Shown: piece by piece, positions 60,754 to 64,000 of the stretch
Numbering within the stretch: position 1 is the stretch's first letter
How the letters are laid out: every line of letters starts with the position of its first letter
Assembly: GCA_965222115.1 (NCBI GenBank)
Contig: CBDCTJ010000003.1
Coordinates: forward strand, 1-64,000
Length of the DNA: 64,000 nucleotides
Reading direction: 5' to 3'
Source of the DNA: Planctomycetota bacterium
Lineage (GTDB): Bacteria > Planctomycetota > PLA2 > JAEUHO01
Program-made: the position numbers and the translations under genes
The notes under the pieces: generated by a model
Told to the model about the DNA's origin: nothing
Database searches by the model: none
Seen by the model: the letters and a program-made list of their open reading frames with translations, nothing else

Positions 60754-60922
60754 TGCGCCCAAAATACCTGGTATTCGTGGCGCATGGTTTCCCCGCGGAA
60801 TCGCAGACACCGGCGCGAGCGGGCCATTGCTTGGAGCGCTAGCCTGCGATGCGCCAGAAATACCTGGTTTCTGTGGCGCACGAGCGTTTCGTGCGCCAGA
60901 TTTACCTGGTATTTGTGGCGCG
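60754..60922. repeat. Three 31-bp imperfect palindromes (REP-like)
   Basis: TGCGCC-(a/c)(g/a)aatACCTGGTwtyyg-TGGCGC at 60754-60784, 60850-60880 and 60892-60922. Confidence 0.85.
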
Positions 60923-62386
60923 CTCGGAAGCGCGCTGACCGAAGAGGGCGGCGTGGTATTCGGATTCGGTCATGACTTCGGTGGTGGTTGGGAGCGGGCC
61001 GGGTTGACGATCTTCGGAGGTGTTTTCCATTGCGTCGGGAATCACCGTGACCATGCGTCGAGGGGTGCGCACGTAATCGCGCTCGGTGATGCGAGAGCCG
61101 GGCTTCACGAGAATGTCCTTTGTGCGGTAGCCATTGGCGTGTTGCACGGTGCGGGTGCCAATACGCTGTTTGATGTAGCGAACGCCTGCGTATACGCGCG
61201 ACACGGACTCCCCCACCTTTACGCGCTTTCGGCAGGTCCCGCTGGGCACCTTCTGTGTCGTGTATCCCACAATACGTACGTCTTTACGAGTTCCGACTTG
61301 GTATTTCTCACGCTTGGTCCCGTCAGGCAATTGCTCAATCTTTATTCCCGTAACGCGACGAACCTTGCGCGTGCCCTCTTGCTTCCATCGCAGTCGCACG
61401 CCCATTTTCTTCTTCGTTCGCTTGTGACCGGTCAGCGTCTTGAACCGCTTGGTCCCCTGCAGCACTTCCTTTTCTTCGTGACCGCAGACACGACATACCT
61501 CATCGCCCGTAACGCAATCCTTGATGATCTCACGCTTGGGCACTTTGACCGTGACGTAGTTGGGTACCTCACCCTCTTCGTACTGAGGCTCCCACACTTC
61601 GCGCGTAGCCGGCGTACGTTCCGTCTTCAGAACGGGAAACTCGACATCCTCATACTTATAGACCTTGCGCGTACGCTTGACAGGAACCTCGCGGTAATCG
61701 TAAATCGCAACGTCTACCTCTTTGTAGGTGGGCACTTCGCACGTTCGGTAGGTCGGCACGGTACGCCACTCGTACTTGGGCGTACGAACCGTGCGATAGC
61801 GCGGCACTTGAATAATGCGATACACAGGAATGTCGATCGTGTCGCAAATGGGGATCTTCTTGGTATAGGCACACCCAGGGCAAATAGTCTCTTTCTCGAC
61901 CCAGCGCCCCATGGCAGGAATGATGGCGATATAGGGCTCTCCCGATGTACCTGCTTCGTCATCCGTAGCCCGCTGCGTGCTTGTGTCGCGCCTTTCTCGT
62001 CCGGCCCAGTCTTTGTCAGATTCGGCTCGTTCACCGCCCGCACCGGGAATGTCACCACTTCCAACAACGGGATCGCCGTCTCTTGCCTTCGACGCAGCGT
62101 TACGCGTCGCGGCTCTCCTAAGCGCCTCTTCGACTGCTCGTGCGGTCGCTGTGTCGTGCGCCGACGGTTCAGGCGCCACCCCACCACCCAACGTTCCGTC
62201 ACTCGACGCTGCGCCACCCGCGGGTTCAACCGCACCATCCGGTGCCACTTCCCCCCCGGGCGGTATCGGCGGAACCGGTTCACTGCCGGGCGGCTCATCG
62301 GCGTGGGCCTGAGGAATGAGCGCGAGAATCGCCGCGAGCGCGAACACCTGAACGATAGGCCATGCGCGTCTTCGTGTCTGAATCAT
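60902..62386 (-). CDS. Secreted Pro-octad/Gly-nonad repeat protein A (14+14 repeats)
   Basis: Signal peptide (AHA), acidic Pro/Ala linker, PxYxxxxV octads then Gxxxxxxxx nonads, C-terminal PLPTTTEVMT..EY. Confidence 0.85.
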   Translation of the reverse strand: MIQTRRRAWPIVQVFALAAILALIPQAHADEPPGSEPVPPIPPGGEVAPDGAVEPAGGAASSDGTLGGGVAPEPSAHDTATARAVEEALRRAATRNAASKARDGDPVVGSGDIPGAGGERAESDKDWAGRERRDTSTQRATDDEAGTSGEPYIAIIPAMGRWVEKETICPGCAYTKKIPICDTIDIPVYRIIQVPRYRTVRTPKYEWRTVPTYRTCEVPTYKEVDVAIYDYREVPVKRTRKVYKYEDVEFPVLKTERTPATREVWEPQYEEGEVPNYVTVKVPKREIIKDCVTGDEVCRVCGHEEKEVLQGTKRFKTLTGHKRTKKKMGVRLRWKQEGTRKVRRVTGIKIEQLPDGTKREKYQVGTRKDVRIVGYTTQKVPSGTCRKRVKVGESVSRVYAGVRYIKQRIGTRTVQHANGYRTKDILVKPGSRITERDYVRTPRRMVTVIPDAMENTSEDRQPGPLPTTTEVMTESEYHAALFGQRASERATNTR

Positions 62387-62505
62387 GGACCGCCTCCACT
62401 GCTTCGATCGGAGAAATGAAGGCGCACCTTCACCACCACCAAACGTATTGGACGACGACCGTGTGCGCCTCTTGTGGATCCGCTACGGATGCACGGGGCG
62501 TAGAT

Positions 62506-63939
62506 CTACTTCGAAATGGCCTTGCGGATGGCGTTTCCTGCACCACCACGAGCCATTGCCGTGGCATAGGCCGATTCATATTGGGCCAATGTCATCACTT
62601 CCGTAGTTCCTGGAAGTGGCGATGCGTAGGCGGCACCATTGGCCACCACCGTGACCTTGCGCGCCGGAACACAGACGATGTCGGCCACGCGCTTGGTACC
62701 CGGGCAAATGGGCGTCTTGATGGTGCGGTACCCAACGATCTTCTTGGTCTCTTTGTAGCCCGCCAGATAGCGCTTCATTTCCCAACCGCACTGAATCTTC
62801 TTCGCGCGTTCGCCCGCTCGCACCTTGATCGTTTTGGTGCCGTTGTAGACCTGCTTCGTTTCGCAGTCTTCACACTCACTCACTACGGTCTCGCCGGCAG
62901 GGCGGTGGGTGACCGTATGGGTGAACAGCTTCTTTTCCGTTCGGTAGCCCGCGTGCTTACGCACAGGTGCGTACCCTACGAATATGCGTTCCTTCTTATT
63001 GCCCACCAGGACGCGCTTGGTCTCCCATCCATCGTCCACCTCTTTGGTTTCCATGTGGATGAATTTTTGTGTCTTCCAGCCGCAGGGCACCTTGCGTGAC
63101 TTCGCGCCGACCTGGAGCTCACGACCGGTGTATCCCGCGATAAATGGAACGCGCTTCGTCCCCACGCATACCTTCTTATTGACCCACCCGGCGGGCATCT
63201 TCTTTTCGCATTCGCATATCTTGACGGTTTTACGATCTACGCACTCTTCGCAGGTCCCGCACCCGCCAAAGTACTTCTCGCGGATCTCCTGTGTACCCAA
63301 TACGGGCTCTTTACAGGTCTTACAGACCGGCACACGGATGTAATCGTAAATGGGTTCGTCGCGATAATCGTAGTGCGGGGTTTTCTGATTCTCATACTGA
63401 GGAATCTGGACGGTCTTGTAAATACGTACACGCCGCGTGCGAGTGACAGGAACCTGAATAGTCTTCTTCTTGGGTACGAGTTTTTCCTCGTACACCGGAC
63501 GATCCACCCAACGGTACTGGGGTACATTGACGATCTTGGTCTGGGGCACCTGCTCATCGATGTAGTGTGCTTCGGTGCGCTTGGCCATAAGCGGCTTGAT
63601 CACGCGCTTGGTCTTGGGACGCGTAACAGTCTTCCAATCGGGGACATAGCGCTCTTCAAAGATCGGAATGATCTTGGTCTCGTACTTGGGCACCCGCTTG
63701 GTCTTGTAGACGGGCGTCTTGATGGTCTTGTAGATGGGCTCTTTGCGAACGTGGTTGTCGCAGGGCGTTTGCTCAGTGCGGTAGACCGTGCGCATATGCT
63801 TGGGGATCACTTTGACGCAGCACTTGCGTTGGCCCGTGACCAGCGACACATCGGCCGAGGCGGTCAACGCCGACGTTGTGATCAAAAATGCCGACACACC
63901 GAGTGCCAGGACCCGCGCCGAAATGGGGCTCGAGTTCAT
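62506..63939 (-). CDS. Secreted Cys-rich Pro-octad/Gly-nonad repeat protein B (19+19 repeats)
   Basis: Signal peptide (ASA), GGAGG SD, same architecture as the neighbour, C-terminal PLPGTTEVMT..QY. Confidence 0.88.
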   Translation of the reverse strand: MNSSPISARVLALGVSAFLITTSALTASADVSLVTGQRKCCVKVIPKHMRTVYRTEQTPCDNHVRKEPIYKTIKTPVYKTKRVPKYETKIIPIFEERYVPDWKTVTRPKTKRVIKPLMAKRTEAHYIDEQVPQTKIVNVPQYRWVDRPVYEEKLVPKKKTIQVPVTRTRRVRIYKTVQIPQYENQKTPHYDYRDEPIYDYIRVPVCKTCKEPVLGTQEIREKYFGGCGTCEECVDRKTVKICECEKKMPAGWVNKKVCVGTKRVPFIAGYTGRELQVGAKSRKVPCGWKTQKFIHMETKEVDDGWETKRVLVGNKKERIFVGYAPVRKHAGYRTEKKLFTHTVTHRPAGETVVSECEDCETKQVYNGTKTIKVRAGERAKKIQCGWEMKRYLAGYKETKKIVGYRTIKTPICPGTKRVADIVCVPARKVTVVANGAAYASPLPGTTEVMTLAQYESAYATAMARGGAGNAIRKAISK

Positions 63940-64000
63940 CTTGTCCTCCTGGGCAAAGCGGGCATCACGCCTTGGTGGCTAAGGCGGACCGCACCTCCCT

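Noticed and set aside
60754-60922. Possible mini CRISPR array
   Set aside because: Spacers of 65 and 11 bp, divergent repeats, no cas genes in the window.
61000-61900. Direct cross-strand disulfide between the lone Cys of octad 5 and nonad 10 in protein A
   Set aside because: Manual register counted from the DCVTG turn places them several residues apart; not claimed without a model.
60827-62419. 530-aa plus-strand ORF
   Set aside because: Shadow of the repeat protein, which has the signal peptide, periodicity and a paralogue.

Overview
GC-rich bacterial chromosome segment. The gene content (membrane-anchored ECF sigma factor with a huge C-terminal extension, giant PQQ/PDZ propeller protein, prenyltransferase-repeat protein) suggests Planctomycetota, which is an inference. 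The backbone is housekeeping: sucCD, ribE, trmD, rplS, yraN, PTS IIA, dinB, ileS, thrS, aspS, xth, proS, miaB, ribD, ndk, hslVU. A visibly more AT-rich island (about 12.66-21.08 kb) lies between two internally deleted ISL3 relics. It carries a Nudix-like/NDP-sugar epimerase gene pair and an IS3-family element split at its catalytic C-D-N-G motif by an IS110/IS1111-type element. Highlights: (1) The IS110 element can be resolved to the base (CG core, sub-terminal IRs, junction promoter, candidate bridge/seek RNA). It also carries an internal, inverted, exact 22-bp copy of its own circle-junction (donor) site. (2) Two adjacent secreted paralogues are built from N Pro-octads followed by N Gly-nonads (14/14 and 19/19), the expected signature of a giant antiparallel beta-hairpin. 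(3) SucD has a histone-H1-like tail of at least 76 aa. (4) trmD and rplS are divergent, with trmD coupled to ribE. (5) IleRS has a GMHH signature motif. All calls come from reading the sequence; no searches or folding were run.
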